Of a DNA stretch of 64,000 bases, positions 23,752 through 35,338 are shown piece by piece. The stretch lies in assembly GCA_026936335.1 (NCBI GenBank), contig JAPMXV010000006.1, positions 324,072 through 388,071 of the forward strand. The letters run 5' to 3'. The stretch is from Mantamonas sphyraenae STR306 (taxonomy: Eukaryota > Protista > CRuMs). A program made the position numbers and the translations under genes. Within the stretch, counting starts at the first letter, position 1, and the number at the start of each line of letters is the position of its first letter. The notes under the pieces are model-generated. The model had not been told where the DNA came from. It saw only the letters and a list, made by a program, of their open reading frames with translations, and ran no database searches.

Positions 23752-26257
23752 TCATCGTTCATCGAATTCTGCAAAAGGGTCCTCGTAGTCGTCTTCGTCA
23801 TCGTCATCGACGACGACAATACCGTCCAGAGTCTGCAGTAACCTGCGCTGGCCTTGTGCTCGCTGTTGAGCGCGTGCTTGTTCACGCTGGTCGCGTTCGG
23901 CCTCGTGGCGTTCCTTGGCCTGGTCGTAGACGTGCTGGGCCCATTCGCGCAGGAAACTGCGTTGCTTGAGGAGCCATCCGTCGGGCATGTACTTGAGGAG
24001 GACCGGATCGAGGGTGTTGCTGTCGAGTTCGTCAGCAATGGAGCGTTCAGCAGGCGCAATGTCCTCCTCGCTGTCGCTGAGGGCGGCGCGCACGGCGAGG
24101 TACATGGTGGCAGCCATCATCTTCATGTTTGTGACGGTGAGCTTGCCATGAGGCGGGCTGCTGCTGTAGATGCCGTTGTCCCAGGGCTTGAGGACGATTT
24201 CCATGATCATGACGCGGGTGATGAAAAAGTTGAGGATGAGCATGCGACGCAGGCGGTCGTCAAAGTTTGTGATGTGGCCCGAGACGTCAAAGGCGAGCTC
24301 GTGGGTCTCTGTGTCAAAGAGGTAGTTGTCGGGCAGGCGCATCTCCTCGCTGGTGAGCTTGTAGACAAAGGCGTAGTACTTTGAATCGGCAGCGCCCGTG
24401 GCGACGTAGAGGTTCTCCGCGGCGAGACGGGAAAAGACAAGGCCCGCACGGATGCAGATGCGCTTGACGCGGTCGCGTGCGACCGAGGGAGTCAGGCCGC
24501 CAAAGATGTTGAGCTTGGAGGTGGGCTTGACCTCGAGCGGGGCCTCCTCACGCACGAGGCCGCCGACATACTCCTGGCAGATGCGGCGCATGTAACGCTT
24601 GCGTGTCATGTTGAGAAAGGTGGCGAGGACAAACTTCATGTCTGTGCTCTCGTCGAGTTTGCGCTTGCGTTTGTTGCCGACCATGTTGCGGAGGGCAAAG
24701 CAGAAGCGCATGGCAATGAGGGCCCGTTTGAGTTTGATGGGGATGATGCCTGTGCGCAAGTCCTGGGGTGGGTCTGGGCTGGCGGGCTGGGAGAGCATGT
24801 CAAACAGTTCGTCGAGATCGTCGTTTGTGGGCGAAGGAGGCTGTGGTTGCTGCTGGGGTTGGGGCTGCTGCACCTGTTGCTGCTGGCCTGGGTTTGTGAT
24901 GTTGACAGTGATTGCGTGCGGTTGGTTTTGGTGTTGGTTCGGGTTGGGTTGTGGAGCGTCGTCGCTGCTGTCGCTGCCACGTCGTTTGCGTCGCTTCTTC
25001 TTGCGTTCCTTGATGACCACAGGTGGGGCATCGGGCTTTTTCATGAGCTGTTCAATCATGGTCTGCTGCATCTGCATGCCTTGTACCATCATGTCCTGGA
25101 AGGCCTTGTTGGAGGCATCGTCGGAGGAGGAGGATGAGGCGGCAGCCGCGGCGGCCGCAAGCTGGGCTGCACGTTTGCTCTCCTCGGCCATCTTGGCGAG
25201 CTTATCGTCGAGTTGGGAGGAAGAAGCGTTTGCTGCAAGGAGGGCCTGTTTGCTGTTGCTGTTGTTGTTGTTGTTGTTGTTCACGCTTGTGTTGGCGGCG
25301 TTTACGTCTGCGACGGCGTCTGCGGCGTTGCTGCTTGCGCTGTTTGGCTTGCCAAGCTTGCATGGCATGTGGATCCATGACAAGGCCGTTGGGACCACCT
25401 GAGATGAGGGTCATGAGGGAAGCAATGTCTGCGCTGTCCTGATCCGAATCCGAGTCGGAGGCGAGAAAGACGTCGTCGTCGTCGTCGTCGTCGTCGCTGT
25501 CGGAGTCGCCGCGGGTCTTGTCGACAAGGTTGAGTTGTGCGTGGAGGAAGGAGGCCTGCTGGGCCTGCTGCATGCGTGCCTGGGCTTCCATCTCGCGCTG
25601 GATCTTGACAGAGTCGGCAAGGTCGATGAGAGAGGCAAGGAAGTGTTGGGTGCGGTCGGCCATGGCTTGGCCAGAGGCACGCTGGTGGGCAGCCGTTACA
25701 GAGGCCTGGAGTTGCTGGCGCTTGCGGGTCGAGGAGCGTAGCTTTTGCTGCTGGTCCTGGAGTTGTTGTTGGAGAGCAGTGAGGGTGGCTTGTTGTGTGC
25801 GTTGTTGCTGCTGGGCTTGGAGCTGGGCACGCAGGTGCTTTTGGCGAGCGAGGCGTTGCTCGTGCTGTTGGAGCAGCTCAGGGTCGATGGAGCCATCCTG
25901 GATCTTGTGTTGCTTGACACGCGCCAACTTGCCCTTGAGATGCTGGAGGCGCAGTTTGGTTTCCTGGCGTACGATCTCTGCGGCAGCAGCGGCGGATTCG
26001 TCCGAGGAGTGGGCGGCGGCGGAGGCGGCAGCCGGGGGAGTGCGGACACGTGCGAGACGAGGAGGGCTGGTCCACTCGGATTGGACCTGTGGAGCACTGG
26101 AGCGGCTGATGAGAACATGTGGAGGGCGTGGATTGGAGGAGGAGGAGGAGGAGGAGGAGGAGGAGGAGGATGCGGCAGAGGCAGAGCGGGAGGTGGAGGA
26201 TGCGGAGGATGGTTTCCACCAGGTGGGGGGTGGCTGTGTGGAGTAGGTTCTACTCAT
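23752..26257 (-). CDS. Large coiled-coil/low-complexity protein with a globular C-terminal region (hypothetical); apparent extra base at 25249-25251
   Basis: ORFs 25202..26827 and 23752..25398 join at a poly-Q stretch (…REQQQQ|QALLAANASS…) if one A of a run is removed. Probable start is MSRTYSTQPPP at 26257. Confidence 0.65.
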
Positions 26258-26337
26258 TGGGGTGGGAGGTGAGGAAGGGGGGTTGGGATTGGTTTGGGGA
26301 AGCGAACGTGGGGTCAAGGCAAGTGTTTCGTCAGAAG

Positions 26338-27526
26338 ATGAGGTGCGTGGAGGCAATGAAGAGACGGGAGAAGGGGGGTTCGGATGGCTGGGGGCTGACA
26401 GTGCGTGTGTTTGTGTAGCGGGCGTGCTGCACGGAAGGGAAGGAGCAAGGCGGGACAAGGGAGCCACGGGGCTGGGGAGGAGAAGGGTGGACGGGGAAGG
26501 AGGCGGCGGGAAGAGCGTGCTCGGGAGCGGGAGGAGAAGAAGAGGAGAGGGAAGAGAGGAGAGAGGGAAGAGGAAGGGTTGGAAGAGGAGGAGGGTGGGG
26601 AATGGAAGCGGAGGGAGGAGGCGGGGCGGGAAGGCAGCGGGGGGAGGCGAGGGAAGCAGCAGCATGAGCGGGAGGAGGAGGAGGAGGAGGAGGAGGAGGA
26701 TGGAGAGGAATGGGATCATGAGGAAGGACAAGGAGGAAAGGGCAAGAAGAAGGATGAGGCGCAGTATGAGGTGCGCACAGGAAGACCGGACAAGACCGGG
26801 TTGAGGTGGTGGTGGTGTGTGCTTCACGCGTTCTTCCTGCTATCGCTGCTGTCGCCGCTGTTCTCGTGCGAAGAGCCCGACTGTGGGACGGACTACTATC
26901 TGCACACTGTATACCTGCTGACGTGGGAGTATGCGTTCTTTGTGGCAGGTCTGGTGGGCCTGTTTGCGGCGGGGCTGCAGATGTGGCTGCACTTTTGGGG
27001 CGTGTTTATGGTGGGAGGGGCACGTGTGGTGAGCACTGTGCTTGTGCTAACGGTGGGGAGGACGCCTGGGGCTCTGGCAGGGCTAGGGCGGCAGAGGTTG
27101 TCGTCGCTGTTGTATGCAGAGCGGATGGGAGACGGCCTTGTGTACTATCCAGCGTTTGCGTGGGTGGTGTACGTGTGGTACCACTGGGACCGGATTGCAC
27201 TTGCATTCCGCAGCTACTACGGGTACACGCTGGACAGGATGCAGAGGAGGCTGAATGTGGTGTTTCAGGTGACGAGTGGCCTGCTGCTGACAAGCTACTG
27301 GGCACTGCGGTACAATCCCGGGGTTGCGCACACGACAGAGGTGCCGCAGCAGTCGTGGGTGACAATAGCAGTGGTGAGCACAGTGTATATGTGTGGGGCG
27401 TGGTTGGCGTTGGTGTACGGGGTGTTGCGGCGCGCTCGCAAGGTGTACAAGCGGACAGTATGGCGTGTGGATGTGCAGACGGGGGGAGTGGCGAAGGATT
27501 GGGAAATCGCAGTGGTGGAGGCTTAG
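26338..27526 (+). CDS. Membrane protein with a charged acidic N-terminus; 5-nt first exon, intron 26343-26418
   Basis: ATGAG|GTGCGT...CTGAC...TGTAG|C gives MSGRAARKG... About 6 hydrophobic segments follow the E/G-rich tract. Confidence 0.65.
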
Positions 27527-27640
27527 ACGGCACAACGGGGCGATGGGTTGGAAGGAGGCAAGGGTGAAAAGTGGATTGTGGGAGAGAGTGCGCCGAGGAA
27601 ACCATTGAATTCTTCGTGCAAACACACAGCAATAGCAAAC

Positions 27641-29314
27641 ATGAGTTCTTCTTCTTCTTCTTCTGATGCATCGACCTCGACGGTGGAGGGCCTGCTGAAG
27701 CAGGTGCAGGATCGCGACGGCGACCAGCCGGAATTTGTGCAAGCGGTGACGGAGGTGTTGAACACGTTGGCGCCTGTGTTTGAGCAGAGCCCCGAGTAGG
27801 TTTTTGTGGCCATGAATGGGACGGGGCAGCACTGGAGTTGGCAGAGAGCGGGCGAGACGGCGTGCAGAGGCGTGCAATGGGTTCGGGGAGGTTGGAGAAG
27901 GAGCCGGGGCGATGTCCGGAGAGAAACGACGAGATGTTCCACGTTTTTTCGCTTGTGGCGTTGTTGGCGAACGGGAAGCTGACGCATGCAATGGGGCTGC
28001 AGGTATGTGGAGGTTGCGCAGGCTTTGCTGGAGCCCGAGCGGCAGATTATCTTTCGCGTGCCGTGGCTGGATGATGAGGGTAAAGTGACGGGGGGGGTTT
28101 TTTAAGGGGCAAACGGTTGGGCAACGGACGGGATGGAAAGATTGACACGTTCGTCGGGGCGTGGGAACACAGGGAAGCGCCGGGTGAACCGCGGGTACCG
28201 AGTGCAGTTTAACAGCGCGCTGGGGCCGTACAAGGGAGGGCTGCGTTTCCACCCTACAGTGACGCTGAGTGTGATCAAGTTTCTCGGGTTTGAGCAGATC
28301 CTGAAGAACTCGCTGACGACGCTGCCGATCGGCGGTGGCAAGGGCGGATCGGACTTTGACCCGAAGGGCAAGAGCGAAGCAGAGGTGCACCGTTTCTGCC
28401 AGTCGTTCATGACGGAGCTGGTGAACTACATTGGGCCGAACCAGGACGTTCCTGCGGGAGACATCAACGTGGGCAAGCGTGAGATCGGCTACCTGTTTGG
28501 ACAGTACAAGCGTCTGACGCGGCAGTTTGAAGGGTCGTTGACAGGCAAGGCGACCAACTGGGGTGGATCGTACTTCCGTCCGGAGGCCACGGGCTACGGT
28601 GTGGTGTACTACGCGACGAACGTGGTGGAGGGCCTGATGGAGGACTCGATGGAGGGCAAGTCGGCCCTTGTTTCCGGATCGGGCAACGTGGCGACGTTTT
28701 GCGCACAGAAGCTGGTGGAGAAGGGAGTGAAGGTGTTGACGCTGTCGGACAGCAGCGGGTACGTGCTGGAGAAGGAGGGATTCACGCAGGAGCAGATCGA
28801 CTGGGTGATTGAGCTGAAGACGGTGAAGCGTGGGCGTCTGAGCGAGTATGCAGAGTGGTCTGAGAGCGCAGAGTACTTTGAGGGGGAGAAGCCGTGGGGA
28901 GTGGCAGCGGACTTTGCGTTTCCGTGTGCGACACAGAACGAAGTGGGCGAAGAGGACGCCAAGAAGATGGTGGACAACGGAGTGAAGCTGCTGGTGGAGG
29001 GAGCAAACATGCCGTCGACAAACGAGGCAATCGAGGTGCTGACCAAGGGAGGCGTTGTGTTTGGGCCGGCCAAGGCAGCAAACGCAGGCGGCGTGGCTGT
29101 GTCTGCTCTGGAGATGGCGCAGAACGCGCAGCATCTGCAGTGGGAGCCGTCGCGTGTGGACGAGGAGCTGCAGCGCATCATGAAGGACATCTACGAGTCG
29201 TCGCTGGAGGCGGCGAAGAAGTATGGTGTGGAGGAGAACGTGCTGCAGGTGGGAGCCAACATTGCCGGCTTTCTCAAGGTGGCAGACTCGATGCTGGACC
29301 AGGGTTGTGTGTGA
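27641..29314 (+). CDS. GDH1: NADP-specific glutamate dehydrogenase; introns 27796-28002 and 28080-28172
   Basis: Motifs QPEFVQAV.EV, EPERQIIFRVPW, VNRGYRVQFNSALGPYKGGLRFHP, GGGKGGSDF, DVPAGDI, RPEATGYG, GSGNVA and GPAKAANAGGVA. Confidence 0.97.
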
Positions 29315-29528
29315 TGGGGGTGCAGAACAGGAGTCCCCATTCGAAAGGATTGGTTTTGTTGGTTGTCTTGAGGAAAACACAGGAGCCTCGGTCGCAAAGA
29401 CCTTGCACATAGTGAGTCGCAAGTCCCCTTCTGTCGCCTAAAGTCCATCAAGGGGTGGACGATGGTGTCGTGCGGGTCGTGCGAACTGCGGCGGAGGCAA
29501 GCAAAAAGCGTGAAAAGAACCCACAAAC

Positions 29529-29984
29529 ATGCACCACGGCGAGCTGATGGATGGCCATGACCTGACCGATCTGGTCAAGGTGACAGTGCCGATGGTGAGT
29601 GACAGTCTGCTGGAGACGAGCGCGCGCATTTATACGTTTCTGGCCTACTGGTTTGCGTACTTGTCGAGCCTGTTGCTGTGGATCTTGCTGCCGCTGATGA
29701 TGGTCTTCTTGGGGATTGCCCGAGGTCTGGCGACGCTTTGGATTGTGTCTGCGCAGGTGGCTGCGCACTTTGCAAAGGTGTTGTACGCCATTTTCAAGCC
29801 GCTGGCGCACGTGCTGCGTGACCACCTGAAGGCGTTGTTTGACTACAGGCAGGACAGCCTGGAGTCGATTGCGGATGCAATCCGTGGGAGCAGCAGGCAG
29901 GATGGCAACCAGCGTTCGTACGGGGCTGTGCACGGTGGGACGACGTCGACGAGCAGCTCGGACGCCTACGAGCAGGTGCCGTGA
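29529..29984 (+). CDS. Small membrane protein (hypothetical)
   Basis: 151-aa ORF with a long hydrophobic segment and genome-typical codon usage. Fills the gap between GDH and Ras. Confidence 0.55.
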   Translation: MHHGELMDGHDLTDLVKVTVPMVSDSLLETSARIYTFLAYWFAYLSSLLLWILLPLMMVFLGIARGLATLWIVSAQVAAHFAKVLYAIFKPLAHVLRDHLKALFDYRQDSLESIADAIRGSSRQDGNQRSYGAVHGGTTSTSSSDAYEQVP

Positions 29985-30103
29985 GTGGCGAAATGGGAAT
30001 GAAGCAGCGTTGAGCAGAGTTGTGTGGCGGTGGATTGCACAGGATTGAGGAGATGGATCATTTTGTTTGTTTGCACTGTGTGCTGTGTGTGTCTGATGGG
30101 TGA

Positions 30104-31562
30104 TCAGAGGATGATGCACTTCTTCTTGTTGGGCACAATGCCCTCGTGCTGGCGGATCTCGCGGATGATCTCGGCAAAGACCATGTCGATGTTCTTGTTG
30201 GCCTTTGCCGAGCACTCGACAAAGGGGCAGCCCCATTCCTTTGCGAGCTCCTTGCCGTCGACGTTGGGCACCTGACGGTCGTCCTCGAGATCGCACTTGT
30301 TGCCTGCCAGGACCATGGGGGTCGTGTCCACGTCCTTGACGCGCAAGATCTTTTCGCGAAGGCCCGATACCTCCTCAAAGCTCGAGCGCGACGTGACGCT
30401 GTATACACAAACAAAGCCGCGGCCCTCGCGCCACCACTGTTGAGAGAGAGAGAGAGTGTGTGTGTTTCAAGGGCAGAGAGTGAGCAGGAGAGACGCGGGA
30501 GGCGACGCGGCGGTGTTTGCGGCGAGAGGGGAGAAAAAAGGGGATGCACAGCGGGAGTGCAAGCGGCGGTACGGGCAGAGCGGGGCAAAGGAGGGTCGCA
30601 AGGGGACGACGGCAAGGATGTGTGCGGAGGAGGCGTGTGGTAGAAGGAGTTGGAGGGGTATGCAAGGGCAGGGTGGCGCAGGGTGAAGCGGGAGGGGAAG
30701 GAGAGGATTGCGAGGGGGGCCTCGCGCCAAATTGGGTGAAAAGCGGATGGCGAGTGCAAAAACGAACCTGGTCCTGGATGGTCTTGTACTCTTCCTGGCC
30801 TGCTGTGTCCAGAATGTCGAGCACGGCATCGGCGCCGTCGACGACGGTCTGCTTCCTGTATGAATCCTCTGCACGGGAGAGAGGCCGGACGGGGGGAGGG
30901 AACGCGAAGCGCGCAAGTCGCGGAATGTTAGCGGTTACGAAGGGAGCGGACGGAGGCGTACGCACGTAGGAGAGGTGCAGGCGGCACAGCGTGGATAGGA
31001 ACGGCAGAAAGGGGCCTCGAAGCAGAGGTGTGAGACGGGTATGAGTGCGACGTACCAATGGTCGGGTCGTACTCGGCGACAAACTTTGCGTTTACGTATT
31101 GGATGGTCATGGCCGACTTGCCGACACCGCCTGTAAGAGGAGGGAACGGGGGTAGGGGAGTGAGCAGAGGCGGGAGGCTGGAGGCGGGAGGTGTGTGCGG
31201 GTGTGGAGGCAGTGCGGGAAGAAGGTGGAGGCGTGTGGGAGACAGGCGAGTGCAAGTTATCCAGAGGCCTCACGGACGAATTCTGCAAGTTATCCTGGAG
31301 CAGGCTTGGAAGCGGTTGGATATGGGTGGGGAGCAGGGAGGATGCACAGGGGTGGTGCAGGAGGATGTACAAGGTGGAGAAAGTGGGTGCGGGGTGATGG
31401 GGACATGTGCGCGGGGAGGCGGGGGAGGGGGCGGGGAAAGTGGATGCGGGGTGCGGGGTGATGGAGCTTGGGGGGATCCCCCACGGGGGAGGACGGGGAC
31501 GGAGATGGGAGAACGAGGGTGTGAAACATACCACCGCCAACAACAACTACGCGGAACCCCAT
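30104..31562 (-). CDS. RAS: Ras-family small GTPase, 4 exons, C-terminal CaaX (CIIL)
   Basis: Spliced product contains [39 protein letters not shown] and KKKCIIL. Intron donors are GTATGT, GTACGT and GTTCGT. Confidence 0.94.
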
Positions 31563-31770
31563 GATGTGTTTGGTTTGGTTTTGATTTTGGGTTGGCTGGC
31601 GCGGAGCTGGCGCGACTGGTTTTGCGCGTCGGCGGAATTCCGGGTGATCCTGGAATGGATAGGGTGCGGGTCACAAACGGATCATGTTGGCGCGGAATGG
31701 GCCAGCACACAGGGCTGGTGTATCCTCGCGCACGTTGAACCAAGATTGCAAGAGAGAGGGGTCAACTGCG

Positions 31771-32374
31771 ATGACGACGCCGTTTGAAGAGCGGCTTCTG
31801 CTGGTTGTGATGGGGGGTGGGGGCGTGGGAAAGTCCTCGCTGGTGCTTCGACAGGTGGAGAACAGGTTCTACGACGAGTTTGATCCGACGATCGAGGATT
31901 TCTATACGACAGAGTGTATTGTGAAGGACGAGCTGGGGTCAATCAGCGTTTACTTGAACATTTTCGACACTGCAGGCCAAGCAGACACAGCAAGCCTGAG
32001 GTATTGGGACGTGTACCTGAAGAAGGCAGACGCATACATGTTCTTGTTTCAATAGCACGAGCGAGGACTCGTTGGAAACGGCGCGCGTTCTTATGGCCTC
32101 ACTGGAACGACTGATGGGTGTAGAGGCAGCAAAGCTGCCTGTGGTGGTGGTAGAGACCAAGATTGATCTGCAGGAGTATCGGCAAGTGGATGAAAAGAGT
32201 GGGGAGGCGCTTGCGGAGGAGTGGGGCGCTACGCTGGTGCGGACGAGTGCAAAGGAAGGCACAAACGTGCAGGAAGCGTTTGACGAGGCGGCTGTGCTGG
32301 CGTTAAAGACACGGAGGGCATCGCTGGACAAGAGGGAGAGTGCCAAGAGGAGGGAGGTATGTGTGGTGGCGTGA
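31771..32374 (+). CDS. Divergent intronless Ras-like GTPase with CaaX (CVVA); apparent extra T at 32047-32049
   Basis: GGGGVGKS, FDPTIEDFY, DTAGQ, TKID, TSAK and CVVA. The two ORF halves join as MFLF-NSTSEDSLETAR. Confidence 0.8.
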
Positions 32375-32402
32375 AAACCGGGGGGGAGTGGGGATTTTTT
32401 GA

Positions 32403-33413
32403 TCACGCTCGGCTGCGCTTTCGGTCGTGTTTGCTGCTTGCGGGGGAGTCGTCGAGGGATGAAGAGTCGGCGTTTCGCTTCTTGGAGTGTTTGGGCTTTT
32501 TCTTGGAGGTGGATTTGTCCTTGGGGGCCTTGGGGTTGGTGTTGGTGGTTTTTGGTGTTTTCGTCTTTGAGGAGGAGGAGGAGGGGGTGGAGGTGGAGGT
32601 GGTGGATGAGGATGATGATGAGGTGGTGGAGGTAGGGGTGGGGGTGGGGGTGTCGGTGTCGGTGGTGTTCTTGTTGCGCTTCTTCCTGCGGCCGCGCTTG
32701 TGCTTGCGCCGTGGCGTGTCTGCAGAGGAAGAGTCGGCATTGGGGTTGGAGGAGGAGGAAGAGGAGGAGAACGCAGGCGCAGATGCATCGTCGTGGTCGT
32801 GGTCGTCGTCGTCAACTTGCTGGGAGGCGTCGATGAGGACGGCTTCGTCTCCGTACTTTGCTCGGATGCGGTCTTGGTGCTTCTTGCCTGTAAAGTGGCG
32901 GTGGGCATCGTCGACAGAGTAGAGGCCGACACCAGGGCATTCGCCGCAAGCGAGGCTCTCGCCGTAGGGCAGCTGGGCAAAGGCCTCGCGCAACTGGGTG
33001 CGCAGCGGAGTGTCCATGAGCTTCTGTGTAAGCAGCTGGGCCTGGGCCTTGGTGAGTGAGGCGACGTCCTGTACGCCTGGGACGACGTTGTTGGCGCGCA
33101 GGTCGGCCAGGTCGTCGGCTTGCTGCTCGCGGATTGCGTCCGCGACGAGCTCGCGCATTTTGTCGGCGTCCAACGCCTGCTCCTTGCTCTGGACGCGATC
33201 GAGAAGAGCACGGAAGAGGCGGTTTTGTTTGTTGTCTGGCAGGGCGTCGTCACTGTCGTCGCCACTGTCGTCCGCGTGGTCGTCGCCGTTGTCGTCGTGC
33301 GAGTCGTCGTCGCTTGAGTCGTCACTGCTGTCGGCGTCGCTGTCCATGACGTCATCCTCGTCCTCCTCGCCACCCAGCATGCCGGCGCGCACCTTTTGCA
33401 TTCGTTTGTACAT
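32403..33413 (-). CDS. Acidic/basic low-complexity nuclear protein with a matrin/U1-type C2H2 finger
   Basis: CGECPGVGLYSVDDAHRHFTGKKH finger, D-rich N-terminal tract and K/R-rich C-terminus. Confidence 0.7.
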   Translation of the reverse strand: MYKRMQKVRAGMLGGEEDEDDVMDSDADSSDDSSDDDSHDDNGDDHADDSGDDSDDALPDNKQNRLFRALLDRVQSKEQALDADKMRELVADAIREQQADDLADLRANNVVPGVQDVASLTKAQAQLLTQKLMDTPLRTQLREAFAQLPYGESLACGECPGVGLYSVDDAHRHFTGKKHQDRIRAKYGDEAVLIDASQQVDDDDHDHDDASAPAFSSSSSSSNPNADSSSADTPRRKHKRGRRKKRNKNTTDTDTPTPTPTSTTSSSSSSTTSTSTPSSSSSKTKTPKTTNTNPKAPKDKSTSKKKPKHSKKRNADSSSLDDSPASSKHDRKRSRA

Positions 33414-33632
33414 TGTGGGTTGGGACGGTGGGTGGTGGATGCGCAGGCGCAGGCAGCAAGAAACGCCGACTCGAACCGACACTTTTCCTGCCACCCCCCA
33501 AGCTACCGTTCAACCCCCTTTCCCCTTTTGCTTGCTTTTGTTCACGGAGAATCGTGAGGACGACCAAGCAAACGACATAGAGACGAACCCGAACGCGACC
33601 CCTATCAAGAACCCACCGACACACACGACGCA

Positions 33633-34394
33633 ATGTTTGGCAACAAGCAGACCCTCGCGTTGATTGTATGCATGCTGGCCATGCTCTGCACCGTGGTGAA
33701 CGCCGTCAACCTGGCAGGCGCTCCCGCGGAGCTGACTGTGGAGAGCAGCGTGCCCCAGGCAGATGCCAACGGGTAAGTTTTCTGCAGGGGGGAGAGATGG
33801 CGAAATGGAGGGAAAAAAAAGGCCCTCTGGAGCAGAGACGGATTTTGGTCCCGCGCAGGCGATGGAGGAGCCGGTGTGCCATCGGATGGTTGTGGACATG
33901 GGCAAAGGGCGTGTGGGCAGAGGATGCGAGGAGGCAGGAGGGCGCAGAGGCAGTGGATGGGCAGCTAACACGGAGGGTAACTCGGGGCACACAGGGCAAC
34001 GAACCGAAACACCCTTGCCGAGACTCGTGGCGTTGCCGCTGAGCAGGAGCAGGTGGAGGAAGAACCGGCCAAGGAGCTGGAGACGCCCGCCACCGAGAGT
34101 GCTGCTGCTGAGGAGAGCAACGTGGACGAGCCCGAGCAGGCAGAGCCGACGGAAGTGATGGACCTGGCGGACGACGAAAGCGCGTTTCACGACGTGAGCA
34201 ACTCGTCGGAGGATGAGGAGGAGGAGGACGAGGACAACAGCGACGATTCAGACGACGAGGAACAGGACTGGGACTCGTTGCACATGGCGCTGGACATGTC
34301 GTCGACCGAGGACAGCGACAGCGATGCGGACGCGTCGTTTGGCATGCTCGATGCAGAATTTGCAGAGGCTGCCGAACACGTGCACGCGCTGTAA
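33633..34394 (+). CDS. Signal-peptide-bearing, very acidic protein (hypothetical)
   Basis: MFGNKQTLALIVCMLAMLCTVVNA signal-like N-terminus. Intron region 33773-33994 (GTAAGT...CTAAC...CACAG) may contain a 15-nt micro-exon at 33859-33873. Joins ORF 34053..34394. Confidence 0.6.
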
Positions 34395-34695
34395 GCTGCC
34401 CCCCTTCATCATGGCGGGCAATCATCACCTTTCCCATGGCTTTTTGCCACCCCGGCCACCCCATAGGCCCACGCACTCTGCCGGGACGACAACAGCATGT
34501 GCGAACAAACGCGCGTGCTGGGGCCGTCGCCCACCCAGGCCAAACTGGGTTGGGAGCAGGCGCAATGGAGGCATCCAGCCCTCGTTGTTGCTTCCTGCTT
34601 CCCACGGGCGACGGTTTGAGCGTCTGCAAGCGTAGCCAGGGTGGACGGAATCAGAAAATGAACAACACTTAGAAATTGCAAACCCCTATTCTGTA

Positions 34696-35235
34696 TTACG
34701 ACTCGTGGCATGAGGCGCCGACCTCGGCCTCGTCCACAGGAAGGTTGTTGTGGAAGAAGAAGAAGCCTACGCCCGAAGCGAGCATGATCACGAGGAAGAT
34801 GCCGAGGTTGTAGGTCATGACGAGGAGCATGATGAGGTAGTTAAAGGTGAACGAGAGGGTCCAGGTGGCGGCTCGGATGAGCTGCTGGCGGGCCGAGTAG
34901 CGCGTGGCGCGCTTGGCAGAGACGGTCAGCGGTGTTTCCATGTTGGTCTGGTCGCTTCCAGCCGGCTTGTCGAAGCGGCGCTTCCATGCAGAGAACCATT
35001 GGTTGAAGAGACAAAACGCAAAGATGGCCAGCAGCGAGGCCAGGTAGCCGCCGTATTCGGTGGTCTTCCACGACTTGAAGAGCATGGTCACTCTGTGTGG
35101 GGGCGAGGGAGAAAAAGCAAAGCAAGGTCAGTCCACGCAAGCGGGTGAATCGCGGGCATGGAGCTCCATGCATGGAACGCACTTGGGGCTGTCGTAGAAA
35201 TACATCTGCATCATCATCATCATGTCGTCCTTCAT
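34696..35235 (-). CDS. Ctr/SLC31 copper transporter, 2 exons
   Basis: Met-rich N-terminus MKDDMMMMMQMYFY, LFKSW, YLIMLLVMTYN (MxxxM), GxxxG-type TM3 and C-terminal CH. Confidence 0.92.
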
Positions 35236-35338
35236 GGTGGCTGAGCGGGCAGGCAACGTTTGGCTGGTCGGACGGGTGGACGAAGCGCAAGGCGCCCCCA
35301 GCGTGGGCAAGCAAACATCACACGGGGCTCAGAGGCGG

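Noticed and set aside
27083-29422. 779-aa antisense ORF over GDH
   Set aside because: Shadow ORF caused by GC-rich biased codon usage, with no motifs. The + strand is clearly GDH.
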